Positions 25,222-36,609 of a stretch of 64,000 nt of DNA are shown here, in pieces. Each line of letters begins with the position of its first letter. Position 1 is the first letter of the stretch. Location: NCBI GenBank assembly GCA_023920165.1, contig CP089278.1:2852001-2916000 (forward strand). Direction: 5' to 3'. The position numbers and the translations under genes were made by a program. The notes below the pieces were generated by a model. It did not search any database. It saw nothing but the letters and a program-made list of their open reading frames with translations, and was not told where the DNA came from. The stretch comes from Curvularia clavata (Eukaryota).

Positions 25222-25346
25222 CTACTAGTCCGCCGGTCGAAGGATTAACGTGTGGGGATCGGACGGGACCCAGTTCGCTGATTTTCGCCTATGGTCGTAT
25301 GTGGGAGAAAGACGGTTTCGTTCGTATGTATTTACAGCTAGTACAA

Positions 25347-27871
25347 CTAGCTCAGGAAACCGCGCGAGGCGTTACGAGCACGCTCAATAGTGAAGGCCTC
25401 CAGCCTCACGCCGCAGAGTACGACCTGCATGCGACGCACATCGCTGTCTACGTCGGGAGGTAGAGGCTCGACACGGATGCGCCAGTGGGCACGTTTAAGT
25501 GTCCATTCGACCTCTGGGTCCTGCTCGTCGGCGCGGAGATGGGAGGCGTCGTAATCTTGTTTATTGCCACCCCATAACCATGTGCTGTTGGAATTGGGTC
25601 GACGGATGCCAATGCGCCCAGTACTGTGGTCAACATCGAGTTCTGCGGGTGAGCCATCGACCTCAAGAGCGCAATCAGTCTCGAGGCGCACACGAACGCG
25701 GCGATCGCTAACCCCAGAGTTAGCGGGGCTAACTGGCTGCGCTGCGACGCCCCCGCCAGATTGCAGATACATTAATCCGAGGGGTTGCGTAGGTGGCAGG
25801 CCCATTTTCGAAGCTACGACCGAGAAGAGAGAGGTGACACGCGCGAGAGTCGAGTTGTGGAATGTTGCGCGGAACTCAACTTCCAGTGGGCCGACTTGCG
25901 GACCCTTGGGGGCAGACCAGGGGAGGAACAACGATGTCGACTCGGTTGTGGAAATTTCGAGAATCAGAATATTGCTGTTCGCATGGTCGTCCGTATACGG
26001 ACGCGCGTAGGAGACGTAACCCGCTCGTGAGACGGCGCTACTACTTGCATTTGACGGTGCTGGGCTGGCAACCTTGCTTATGGGGCCCGGGGACACATTT
26101 ATCGACTGCGTACCGTTCACTGATCCAGAATCCGATTCAGAGGCCTTATCGGCGATAAAGGAGATACCCGATTGGCGAATATCTTCGAGACGGACTAGGA
26201 TTTCGGACTGCTGGCGCCGCAGATTGTACGAGGTTTCACAGGGTATAAGCTTCTGCTCAAGTCCCTTGAGGTGAAAATAACGTGCGTCTCTCAGAAGTCG
26301 AGATCGGTGCTCGCTGTTCCGAATCTCTACATTGTAGCCTTGTAGTAGTTGTATCAGTTCGTTGAATGTCTCTCCGTTCCTATTCGGCACTGAAGGAGGT
26401 TTGATAGACGGCGGACGGAGCAGCGCATCGCGATCCAGTCCTGGGAACGTTTCTGAGGGCGTCGAAAAGAAGTGTGCGAATCCTAGCGAGAAGAAGTTGG
26501 GGCTGTCGCCAGGTGCGGAGAAGAGATCGCGCGGTATTTGGAAGGGGACTCCTCCTATCCGCACAAAGATATCGGTGCCAAACAGCTGTTTGGTGAGTCG
26601 CGGTACTATTACATTTAGCTCGTACCCTTCATGCCATACACGGATAAACTTACACGAATAGAACTGCGCATCCGCGTATAGTTTCACGAAATGCTCGCCA
26701 TCTCTAGGGGTGATGTGGTAGCCTTGAAGATGTAACGCAATGTCACGGAATGTATCGGGATCACGGTCGATATACAATGTCCTCACGTCACCAGCCCGAC
26801 CGCCATTGTCGTGTAACTGCTGGCCGAAAAAATGGGAAAAATATGAGGGTGCTCTAATAGTCTTAGCCAACAGGCCTCGAGTGTGCGTTTTGTAGTTGGC
26901 GCATGCTTACCATCCGATGAGAGTGATGCTCCAGACAGCCTGAACAGCTCTGACCCAATTTGTATGGGGAAAACCTTCCCCGCGGGTAGCATGTCTGATC
27001 CACCAGACGCATCCTGTATCTTTCTCGGCGTTGAGACATCGATAACCCTGCCCTGCGGCCCTGTACCCTTGCTTTGTTCCTTGCGCCGCTCAATTTGTGT
27101 ACTTTCTCGCGCCGCTGGTTGTGGAGCGGGTTCGTTGGGTGTCGGAGGCGCTGCGGTTTGTGTCGTTGTCGCTGTCAGCGCACGGGCGTCAACTGGGGCC
27201 GACATAATGGGCGATGAAGCTGAGGCATCTGACGATTTTCGCGATTTATTATGGCGCTTCGGCGGGTTCTCTACGGCTCCGCCACCAGCTTGAGAGACAG
27301 CTGAGGATGGCTCCGAATCAAGTTTCCTCTTCATGCTCGTCTGGACGACCGGCTTTGGCTGTTGCTGCGATCGAGGAGGCGGTGGCTGTGGCGACGATGA
27401 AACTTGGTTTTGCGGAGCATTTGGTGTTGTCACTGGGTTCTGCTGCTGCTGCTGTTGGAAAGCTTGAAATGCGGAATCAGCAGTAGTGACTGGAAGGGGA
27501 ATGCTGAAATCGTTGGTAGGATTCACTTGATTCTGAAACTCCTGAACCAGTTCGCCTTGGGGCTCATAATGATTGGTGAAGTCTGTGAAGTCGAGCGAGT
27601 TGGACCAGTCCCAGCCTGCATGCGCCGCAGGATTGAAATGGAGACCCGTAAATTGGCCTGGAGCTACTTGGTGTTGTTGGGCAACGTAGTTGCGATAGAC
27701 CGCGGAGGCGTCATAGCCCTGCGCCTGGCTTGTAGCCTCGGTTGCGCTTGTGTCCTGATCAGCATTGTAGCTATTGTACGGCTGTTGTGGATACTGCTGC
27801 GATCCTCCACCTGCTTGGTCAGAGGTTTGAAATGCGAAATCTCCAGAGTTTGCGCTTGGACGGTCGGACAT
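25347..27871 (-). CDS. BTB/POZ (K+-channel tetramerisation-type) domain protein, YLR108C/YDR132C-like
   Basis: Exons 27871-26911, 26851-26654, 26605-25347. Two T1-type BTB repeats: KVFPIQIGSELFRLSGASLSSD|APSYFSHFF...LYIDRDPDTF..I..HLQGY and IFVRIGGVPFQIPRDLF...LL.DARYFHLKGL. Gln-rich N-terminus. Confidence 0.88.
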
Positions 27872-28639
27872 TGGCTAGCCACACCCAGGCAATCGCCTCG
27901 TAGTGTCGGGCGACAGGTGGCCTAGGTGCAGAAACCAGTTATGTGCGGTAGACGACTCGAGGTCGTGAGGTGCTGATGGATGGCTGAGTAAGGTCTTTGT
28001 GATGAACAGCTTGCGGAGACAATACTCGATTGGGATTGGCGTTGGGACTGATCTGACGTTAATGACAGCCGAGCGGTTTGAGGAGAGAGACGCTTCTTCG
28101 AGACAGCCGATTTCACGAGCGACGTCGCGGATATATAAGATGCGCGTTGCGCGCCAGAAAAGATGTCCCAGCCATCTGCGCGTAATCATTACCTTGTAGC
28201 TCGGGGCATGGCCGCTCGCACGAGTCAATGCTGCTGCACATCATCAACCTTTGACTGGACGCCTGAAGTCCGCCCCCAATCTACACACCGTCTAGCGATG
28301 AGAGTTGAGGCTGACTGTTCATGGTGTCGCAAGTGGATGCGGAAATGTCGACGGAAGGAGACAGTCGTGCTGACGTGAGACTCTTCTGTGTCGCGTTGAC
28401 GCTGAATTTGAACATGTGTGTCTGTTCTCGGAGTAACTTTGAACCAATATTGGTCGTTTACAGCACGCTTCAAGAAACCGCTACCCAGAAGGCTCGCTTA
28501 TTTCATATAACCGTCAAAGCGGCTGACCGATGTAGGTGTGATGCGCATTACACACTAAGACGACTACATATAAAAGACACTGTATACGCCAGGGCCCTGT
28601 GACCATTTGAACCCAATTACCCTTCCATGTTCTCAGCAC

Positions 28640-29682
28640 CTAAAACTTGGCGTCGCTGAACGGAACATACTTCTCCTTGCTTGCCTCCTCGACTCTCTTA
28701 GCCGCTCTCTTGTACGCATCCCTTTCCTGCAACCTCCTCATATACTTGTACAGATTTGGGTAGCTGGTCTCGCTCAAAGGTACGCGCTGGCAGCCACCCT
28801 CGAGCGCAAAGTGAATCATGATGTCTGCGGCGGTAATGCTGGACCCGCAGAAGAACTCTCCTTTAGAAGGAGATTTCATGAGGTAGTCTTCCAAGAAATC
28901 GAAATGCAGCTTGATCTCTGGATTCACGAAGGAACTGTCGACTTTGGAGGCGACTCCACCAGTGATGGGCTTGAGGAAGAAGGGAACGGGAGCATTCTTG
29001 ATGCCTACTGTTGTTAGTCTATGTCGTAAGGAGGGAATTCGACAGGCACTTACTTCCGGTAACGAGAGCGAGTATCAGGACTGTGAAGAGACTGCCTTCT
29101 GTGTAGTCCATAAGGAACTATGATGAAGAATTAGCTGTGTTCTTTCAAGTCACGTGAACACGCTTCAAGCAAAAAGGTCGCGGCACCCGACGATATCACC
29201 GCGCCCTTTTGTTCTCAATGCCGTTATGAACGCCAGGAAGTTAAGCTGTGGATAACTTACCTTGTATCTCATCCACTCCTCGGTCTCTGCACCAAGCACA
29301 CCCTCCTGGCCTTCGGGATACCTCGTAGGAACCAACTGCTTTCCGAAATGGTCGCAAATATACTCCATGATTGTCTCACTCTCAGCAATGACAATATCTT
29401 TCTCAGAGTTGGCCGGTCGGATCGTAACCGCTGGAGATTTTCCCAAGGGATGGACCGCCTTGAGGTCGGGGCCTGCGCGCCTGTTCGCATCGCGCATATA
29501 AACTTTGATATTGTATTCGAGGTTAAGCTCCTCCAACAGCCAAACGATGCGCTGACCGCGAGACTTGTTGAGCCTGTGGGGGCATTAGATCTACAGTTGA
29601 GGCATTCGATGCGGAGGGAATTGCGCCGCGGTGTTTTCACGCACCAATGGACCGTGATGGTCGCTCCTTGTTGGTTCGCCAT
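28640..29682 (-). CDS. Glutathione S-transferase (fungal GTT1-like)
   Basis: Exons 29682-29645, 29573-29261, 29117-29054, 29004-28640. Motifs ITVHWLNKSRGQRIVWLLEEL, VHPLGKSPAV, IAESETIMEYI, FFCGSSITAADIM and YPNL..Y..RL. Confidence 0.93.
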
Positions 29683-30365
29683 TCTCTTAATTACTTTTGT
29701 TATAGAATATATAGAGTTGTTGTCACTGGTGTTCTGAAGCAGAAAAATCTGAGAATAGTCGCGAAAGTCGTTGATATTTATACGATTTCTACAATTTCAC
29801 CGAGGCTTGTCGACAAGCTCATCGAGATTTCGTCACATGTTCCGGCGCTCCGCCCACCAAGGGTAGTCTGCCCGTATAAGAGGGGTCCTTAGTGTCAAAC
29901 ACTACGTTCTCCGGCGATATGTACGTCTGTCCCGATCATGCGGTAAGGACTGTGGCTTCGTGCAAGGAGGCAATCAATCGGAGTATCTTACATGCACGGA
30001 ATCGTACAATAGCGAGTTGCCGATGTGCCGAATTGTGATGGAAACATTCGGATGATGTCGCAAAATCGGTCACTCGTTACAACCACAGCGATAATCTAGC
30101 GGAAAATGCCGTATGTATGTTGCTGTCAGCCTATACATGTAAAGTAGTCCTCCGATGTCATGTGATGTAGTGATGGCGGTTGTCGACGTTAAACTGAGTA
30201 ATCTGAATCGTCCCATGCCTGGCGCAGCGTGAAAATGCCAAGACTAGACGGCGCTTGCCGCATCCGCCGACCTCATCGCATGCGTACCTCCAGTCACAAG
30301 CTCACCAACCGCGTCCTCCAACACAACGCGCAAAGTCCGCAAATATGCAGCCTACACTCCGCAGG

Positions 30366-30866
30366 ATGGCGGGCCACAACCACGGCAGTAAGTTTTCCGC
30401 CCGAAACAGACGTGTGAGAGGCGCAATGGCTAACCACAACGACAGTGATCCACGCGGATCCCGCCATTATCAAATGGGCCAGTACGTTCACCCCACCAAA
30501 GCCTACGATCCGGTCATTTCCTTGAGATATTGCGAGCGCGGACTTGATATAGTAGCTTCGAGGATGGAAGGGCGATTGGGGAGCTAGGAGCAGTGGATGG
30601 AATGCGATACTGACGGAGGGCAGACATGACCGTGAACCGTCACAAGTACTTCCGCTGGACACGACGAACAGCCTGGATCACTTTTGCCTACGTTGTCCTG
30701 GTACCCGGAATTCTGGGCACAGCCGGATACATGACTGAGGTGAGTGGACTATGCGCATAGATTGCGGCATGGAGATGGCAAAGAAGGAAGGCAGCAGCTA
30801 ACACGAGAACAGGGCAAGTGGGACATGCGTGGCAAGAGAAGGGGTGACCTCATCTCTGAGTTTTAG
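30366..30866 (+). CDS. NDUFB4: NADH:ubiquinone oxidoreductase B15 subunit (NDUFB4/NB5M), missed by the ORF track
   Basis: Exons 30366-30387, 30446-30481, 30624-30739, 30813-30866 give MAGHNHGMIHADPAIIKWANMTVNRHKYFRWTRRTAWITFAYVVLVPGILGTAGYMTEGKWDMRGKRRGDLISEF*. The DPA..K...M..NR..YFRWT pattern plus one TM helix fits this family. Confidence 0.85.
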
Positions 30867-31443
30867 ATATGAAATGTGAAGAGAAAAGACTCGACACTAA
30901 GAAAGTGTGTAGAAATAACATGGCATTGCAGTTGCTCTATCGATGAAGCGCATGACTTGAGTGCATAAACTTACCTCTGACTCTTCATGATACTCACACA
31001 CAGTACTTTATGATCTTTGCGTTAAGTTGTTGATGTGCTAGCCCGGGCTTGTAAAGAAATTGATGACAAGACGACGGACATAGAAACAACAAAGTCAGGC
31101 TCGACTAGGAATGATGATATTAGCGAAAAAGGAGATAAAAATATCAAAGTAATGCGGGATAACTACAGAGGGTGATATTGGTAGGAGAAATATACAAGAT
31201 AGCGAATGATCCTGAACGGAAGCCAAGCTATCCTATTCACTCACCAAAAACTCAAGGGCATGTTTATGCAAAAGAGTGTTGAACTCTTCTAATGCTATTG
31301 CTAGCTCTGTCTAGTCTAAGATTCTAAATCGCATGATCCAAATGAATGACCATGTACAAAGGAAATCTAACATGTATCCGCCATACTAATCCATCTTCTA
31401 TCCCAGTCTGCCCTCAATCACCACGTATCGCGAGTATACCATC

Positions 31444-32354
31444 CTAATGCCCACTCGAAGCCGAAGGATGCGCACCAGTAGATGAAGGCTTCGGCTTTGT
31501 CTCTGCCTCAAATGGGATACCACACCTCTTAGCACAGCTCTCAACAATGCTCGTAAAGTCGCTTGTAAGCGTAGGCCTAAGTCCCTTAATCTGCTGCGGC
31601 GTCAAGAACTCGGAGTATCCGGTGCTAGCCTCAAGCACTTCATCTGGCGTCGCAGAAAAGAAGCCCCTGGCCGCCTCGACACGGCCCGGGTCCGCGATAT
31701 CGAAGCCAGCGACGAAAACGGCGGGCTCGCATTCGGGATTGAATCTAGTGTAGTTTAGAAAACGTGTTTTGTCAATGAAAAGGGTGGAGGGGGTATTTAC
31801 TGCCAGTGGACCAGTCCTTTGGGGAACAACATGCCAGTGTAATTCGTCAGTGTAGCCTCGATCTGCGTGTAGGGTCCGATGAGTGGTGGAGCACCACCAA
31901 CGACATTGCCTGCGCCGCGGTCATCCTCGAGCAGAATGGCGCCGATGAGTTTACCCTGGACAACTGTGAGGAATTCATTGGCGCGTGGATGCCAGTGAGG
32001 AGTGTTGAGGGCGCAGGGGTTCACAAAGCCAACGGCTGCGGCAAGGCCGGTAGAACCAAGGGCAGGAAAGTTGTTCACAGTGGAGAGGAAGATGGAGCCA
32101 CCAGTGGGGGGTGTGACAGTGTTGTTGATGAATTGAAAGGTATCGTTTGCGGCGTTGGGGGCGTTGGGGAAGAGAATGGCTTCGCGGGCGCTTTCGGATT
32201 GAGCCTGGAGGAGGAGGTTGCGCTGCGTGGTGAGTTGTTCGGCAGTGAGGATGTTGACAGTATTGGGGTTGATGGCGCGCTTGGTGTGGGCTTCTCCAAC
32301 AGGGGAAGCGGTCACAGCTGCGACCAGGAAGGCGAGGATGGAAGAAGCGAGCAT
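31444..32354 (-). CDS. Secreted spherulin-1/germin-like cupin
   Basis: Exon 1 32354-31801, exon 2 31744-31444. Signal peptide plus KR site, germin box NPCALNTPHWHPRANEF and FPKGLVHWQ|FNPECEPAVFVAGF. Confidence 0.9.
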
Positions 32355-33377
32355 TTTGAGGGTTGTTGGATTGTTGTTTGGGTAGATGAAGATGTGAAGA
32401 GTGTGGTGAGATATCTCAAGCTGGAACGGCCCTCTACTTATACGCTTGCTTACGACCCCGATGCGCCTCTTGAGCACCAAAAATGCTCTTCCTGAAGGTC
32501 ATCTCGTCATGGCTGAGCGCTCTGTCTACACTATGGCTGATTACAGAGCTCACACTAACCTCACTTCTCATCCACAGAAGTTTGAGAAAGACTCCAAATT
32601 TGGCAAATTTCTGATGCTACTGATCCACATGCTGTTAGCAGACATCAGCAGGATGTTTTCGTTTACCCACAGTTTGTTCGGAATTGGGAAGTGAGGTCAT
32701 GGGTTCCTAGGGTTTGGGTGTAGTCACTCAGTGTTGACATCTGTAGAGGGAAATCAGTAAGCGTTGGTTGTAGACAGCTGCTGCTTGTGACTGGTTCTCT
32801 GAGTATGGATATCGGTGTTAGGGTTTTAGCAGGACGTAGGATGCCTCGGGACCTTGTTGGTACACGTCATACTTTCGAGAGGTGGACACAGACTTTTCCG
32901 AAGACGTGTGGGAGCTTTGGCACGTTGCTTGGTGTCAGTTGTACTTCATAGGTAGTTTAAATGGGTGGGTGTGAGTGATAGATAGTAAGAATATTGAAGA
33001 ATTTTTCATATTGCAATCTTCAAAAAAGCACGTTGTTCCTCTGCCCAGTGTCAGTGTTCTAGATGAAGCTTTTTTGTTCATCTTGGACGTGCTTCGACAC
33101 ACGCAATACCTCAGCATAACACACAGCATGCAAGCTACGAAATCTTTCATTCTCTGCTCATTTTCTTCTCTAGGAAATTTCGGAGAGCTTCTTCCGACGC
33201 CTGGCCCGAGTTCTTGCTATGCTCAGAATTTAGTGAATAGGTCCCAGCGCTGGTCACCCGCTTGCAATACCTTCACCGGCCAGTTCTTCTGTACTCAGTT
33301 GAGTGGCAAAATTTCATATGCAAGAAAGTAAACTTCCTAAATCTCGGAGCCAAGAAGTACTTCCGAGTGTCAAATCG

Positions 33378-33396
33378 TGAGTCAAAGCTTGAGTCA
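33378..33396. promoter_or_regulatory. Tandem TGAGTCA (Gcn4/CPC-1/AP-1-type bZIP) sites
   Basis: TGAGTCA at 33378-33384 and 33390-33396, both followed by AA, about 1 kb upstream of the cupin gene. Confidence 0.45.
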
Positions 33397-34780
33397 AATG
33401 CCAAGGGTGAAGTAACCGTATCCAGTCATTGAGTTGGGCTCAACTAACTGTTTAAGCATGTTAAGGAAGCTTGTAGCCGCCTTTGCTTGACGTATTGAGG
33501 CTTGGGCGCTTCCTGGGTGTCAGAATATCTCCCAAAAGTGGAGCCTTGTTGTTAGTAAAGGGCTTGGGAGGTATCGTAATCCGACCATTACCTAGGTTGT
33601 GACCTTATTGCTCGTGCACCCTACGCACTGTCCATATAACATCTTACACCGGCTCCACAAGGACGCATTAAAGTTAGTTCCTGCACTAGATTTTGCAGTT
33701 GTGTACAAACGTACCCCAGTGTGGCGGTGTCGCATGCTCCACGATGACGCGTATGGTCACACTGGGAATCTTTAAATGGCTATTGCTACCATACGCATGC
33801 GGGATATTCTCGGTTCAGAGGAAGAGGCTGATAATGCGTGGGATTTGGGCTATTGAACGGTCCGAGCGGCCGCGGATGGTGTTCTGCGTGAGATTTACGA
33901 GCGAGTGGGGGGTCTGCTAGGGCCAACTACAGGTACGGGATATGTAAGCCCAGCGTTCTATCCTACGCAGCCACAGATGCAGACCCTGAGGAGCAGGTGA
34001 TTGCAACACTTTCGGTGCTGTTTTCACTGCTGAAACAAGATGTCTGAATTTCTCTTATACCAGTACTGTCCTTCAAGAGAGGGTCACGCAAAGCGCAGAT
34101 CTGGAGGCTGTGATTGAGAATATGTAAATAGACGTGAAAAGACAACAAAATAATGCGAATCTAGCAAAAAAGACTTTGAAGTATGCAATCAGTGATGACC
34201 AAGGAGAGATAGAGAGCGGATCTACCTTGACGTAGTTGGCGTGTTGGTTTTCGTGTGGAGTGTCTACTAGAAAATAGACCCAGGATTACAAAACTGTGGC
34301 TTGCAAGGTGGCTTAGGGTGATGAGTTGGGATATCGGGCCCTTCCGAAGAACAGTCATGTGCTAGACAGCCACGTGGCGGCTTGGTGCCGAGCTTACCGA
34401 CCTACATTACCGGTCTCGACAACAGTAATTAGTAGGAAAGAGTGGTAGGAAATACAGCTAAACGTAATTTGATAAAAAGGAGCATTTCAATACCTTGGAG
34501 CTGACATACAAATGATTGAATCGATTAGAGCTAGACTGATCAAAAGCTCTATAGTTGACCCACGTTAGATACTTCCATCCACACCAGTATATGTTCTGAA
34601 GCACGTGATAAAAAGTGGAGTTGGGCGTCATCCCTTTCTGCAATTGCTATTCTTATCCAGTTCCGCTAATAAATCTTCGCCAGATCTAGCCCATATCACC
34701 CAGACAGTGATAAATATCCCACGCTGATGGCGACACCGCTGTCTTTGATCAGCGGGAATGATCGCTTGCCCTGGTGGCTC

Positions 34781-35719
34781 TCAAGCGCTGGAGTCGTCCT
34801 CCTGATTCTCCAGCGCTTCTCCATCGGGGTTGACAGACTTGTCTGAGCTCTCTTGCTCCTTCTCCCAGGTCTCCAGCCAGTCGCACTTCTCATCATCAGG
34901 CGCGATATGTAGCGGACGCGTAGCGGCTGAGCGCCAGAACTTCATGCTCTTTGCACTGATCACAAGTTGAGGGTCTTTGTATGTGCGCTCCAAAGCTGCG
35001 AAGAAAGCAGTAGCCTCCCTCTCGAGACCGAGCACCCGAAGGCAGCGGATGATGCGACTGATGCGGAGGTGGTTGTGGTCGAACTGGACGGCCCAGTTCT
35101 GACACTGATCATGCCAGTTGGATCCGCGGATGATGTTGTATGGAGGCGCGTTAGAGGCGGAGGCGTTCCCATTTAATGCGGCCGACAATGATGTATTCTT
35201 CTGGGTCTCTTGAAGAACAACCTTTTGTTCGCCATGAGTCTTTTCAAGCTTGGTCTCGGGTTCGGTGGATACTTGGAAGCCATAGAAGGTGAGCATCCGC
35301 TCAAAACTCCGGCGCAACTGCTGGCGGAGGTCGTCTCGCGAATGAAAGGCCTGCATGACATCAACGTCGACGACGGGTGTGTCGAGGTTGAAAAAGGAGC
35401 CTTCTGGTAGCGGGAACAGCATCTGAATGTAGTTGTGGCAGGACTCGAGGGTCGAATCTGGCCAAGACAGGATGTCTTCTAGCGTGCGTCGTCGTGTGTC
35501 TCTGGCTTTGATCTTCGGATCATAGAAGCGAACGATGAGTTGGCTTCTCTCCTCTTGGTCTGCTTTTGAGCCTACTGTAGGTCCCATTTTGAAACGCTTC
35601 CCTGGGCTAACAGGGAAGCGTTGAGCCTTGCGCTTTGTGTATTTGGGGTGATAGGCTAGCAATGTATTCTGGTAGTGACTCGGTAGCTCATCAGGCAGAT
35701 CGTCAGGACTGGGTGGCAT
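34781..35719 (-). CDS. Opioid growth factor receptor (OGFr) conserved-region protein
   Basis: Motifs LESCHNYIQMLFPLPE, SFERMLTFYG and FDHNHLRISRIIRCLRVLG. Intronless. An alternative start lies at MGPTVGS. Confidence 0.85.
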   Translation of the reverse strand: MPPSPDDLPDELPSHYQNTLLAYHPKYTKRKAQRFPVSPGKRFKMGPTVGSKADQEERSQLIVRFYDPKIKARDTRRRTLEDILSWPDSTLESCHNYIQMLFPLPEGSFFNLDTPVVDVDVMQAFHSRDDLRQQLRRSFERMLTFYGFQVSTEPETKLEKTHGEQKVVLQETQKNTSLSAALNGNASASNAPPYNIIRGSNWHDQCQNWAVQFDHNHLRISRIIRCLRVLGLEREATAFFAALERTYKDPQLVISAKSMKFWRSAATRPLHIAPDDEKCDWLETWEKEQESSDKSVNPDGEALENQEDDSSA

Positions 35720-36251
35720 TGCCTGAGGCCGAGTGGGAGCTAATAATGGAACTGTTGAATGAGACCGTATAGGAAAGGTAGGAGTGCTACAGAAACTGGT
35801 GTGTAGAGAGGACCCCGTGGTAATCGAGGGTCCTTTCTGTGTTCACCGTCAGCGAGGTGACTTTAGGCAGCCATGGTGACAGAACAACATCTTACCGCAA
35901 CAATAGCAGAGCGGTCAAAACGCGGCTGTACAGTGTCGCCTTCACCACGATTGTTACAGGCATTCACCTCACGATGTCGAGTCGCAGATGGCGTGCCAAT
36001 CATATGTCGAGGGGAATAGTAGAGTCCAGAATGCATCCACTTCGTGCTAGCCCTGTTTTGGTATAGCCTTACCTATCTGCCGCTTCCCCTCCGGCTGCCG
36101 TAGCTGCGACGATCTTGCCCCAAAGTCTGCCCACAGCACTCCCCCACTTGAGTTTTGGTTGACTAAAGACAAGCGTCAGTTAAGCATATTTCATTTTTCT
36201 TTGCTAGCACCTGCCATTAGACAGAAAATACATAATGCCATGGTTGGTCGG

Positions 36252-36288
36252 AGCCTGCGGCATGGCTACTTCCCGCAGGCTGACGTCA
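36252..36288. promoter_or_regulatory. Perfect 9-bp inverted repeat (CGG-N12-CCG core) fused to a CRE palindrome in a divergent promoter
   Basis: AGCCTGCGG 36252-36260 and CCGCAGGCT 36273-36281, with TGACGTCA at 36281-36288. Confidence 0.4.
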
Positions 36289-36609
36289 CTGCGGCTGAAT
36301 GTGGTCTCCACTACCATCTAGACCATTCACATCGCGCGTGTCGCATTTCTTGATACTCAAAACTGCCGAGGGATTCAACAGATAAACCTGCTCGATTATG
36401 GGCCCATACAGGATAGTTACGCGCTACGAGCCGTGGCGGGTATAAGAAGAGCATCGGTAGGAAGTATGGCAGTGTCGACTTCCTTGCTGGACTCTGAATC
36501 TGCCTACTGAGAAACACTTACCTGGCCCAGCTGGACTACTGCGTTACCCACAAGAAGATTCTACAGCACAATCTACTCTAGGTGTAGCACGGCAAGAAAC
36601 CCTCTGACA

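Noticed and set aside
26606..26653. 48-nt segment read as coding in the 507-aa ORF
   Set aside because: It is a stop-free in-frame GT-AG intron. Removing it restores FYS-LPRL.
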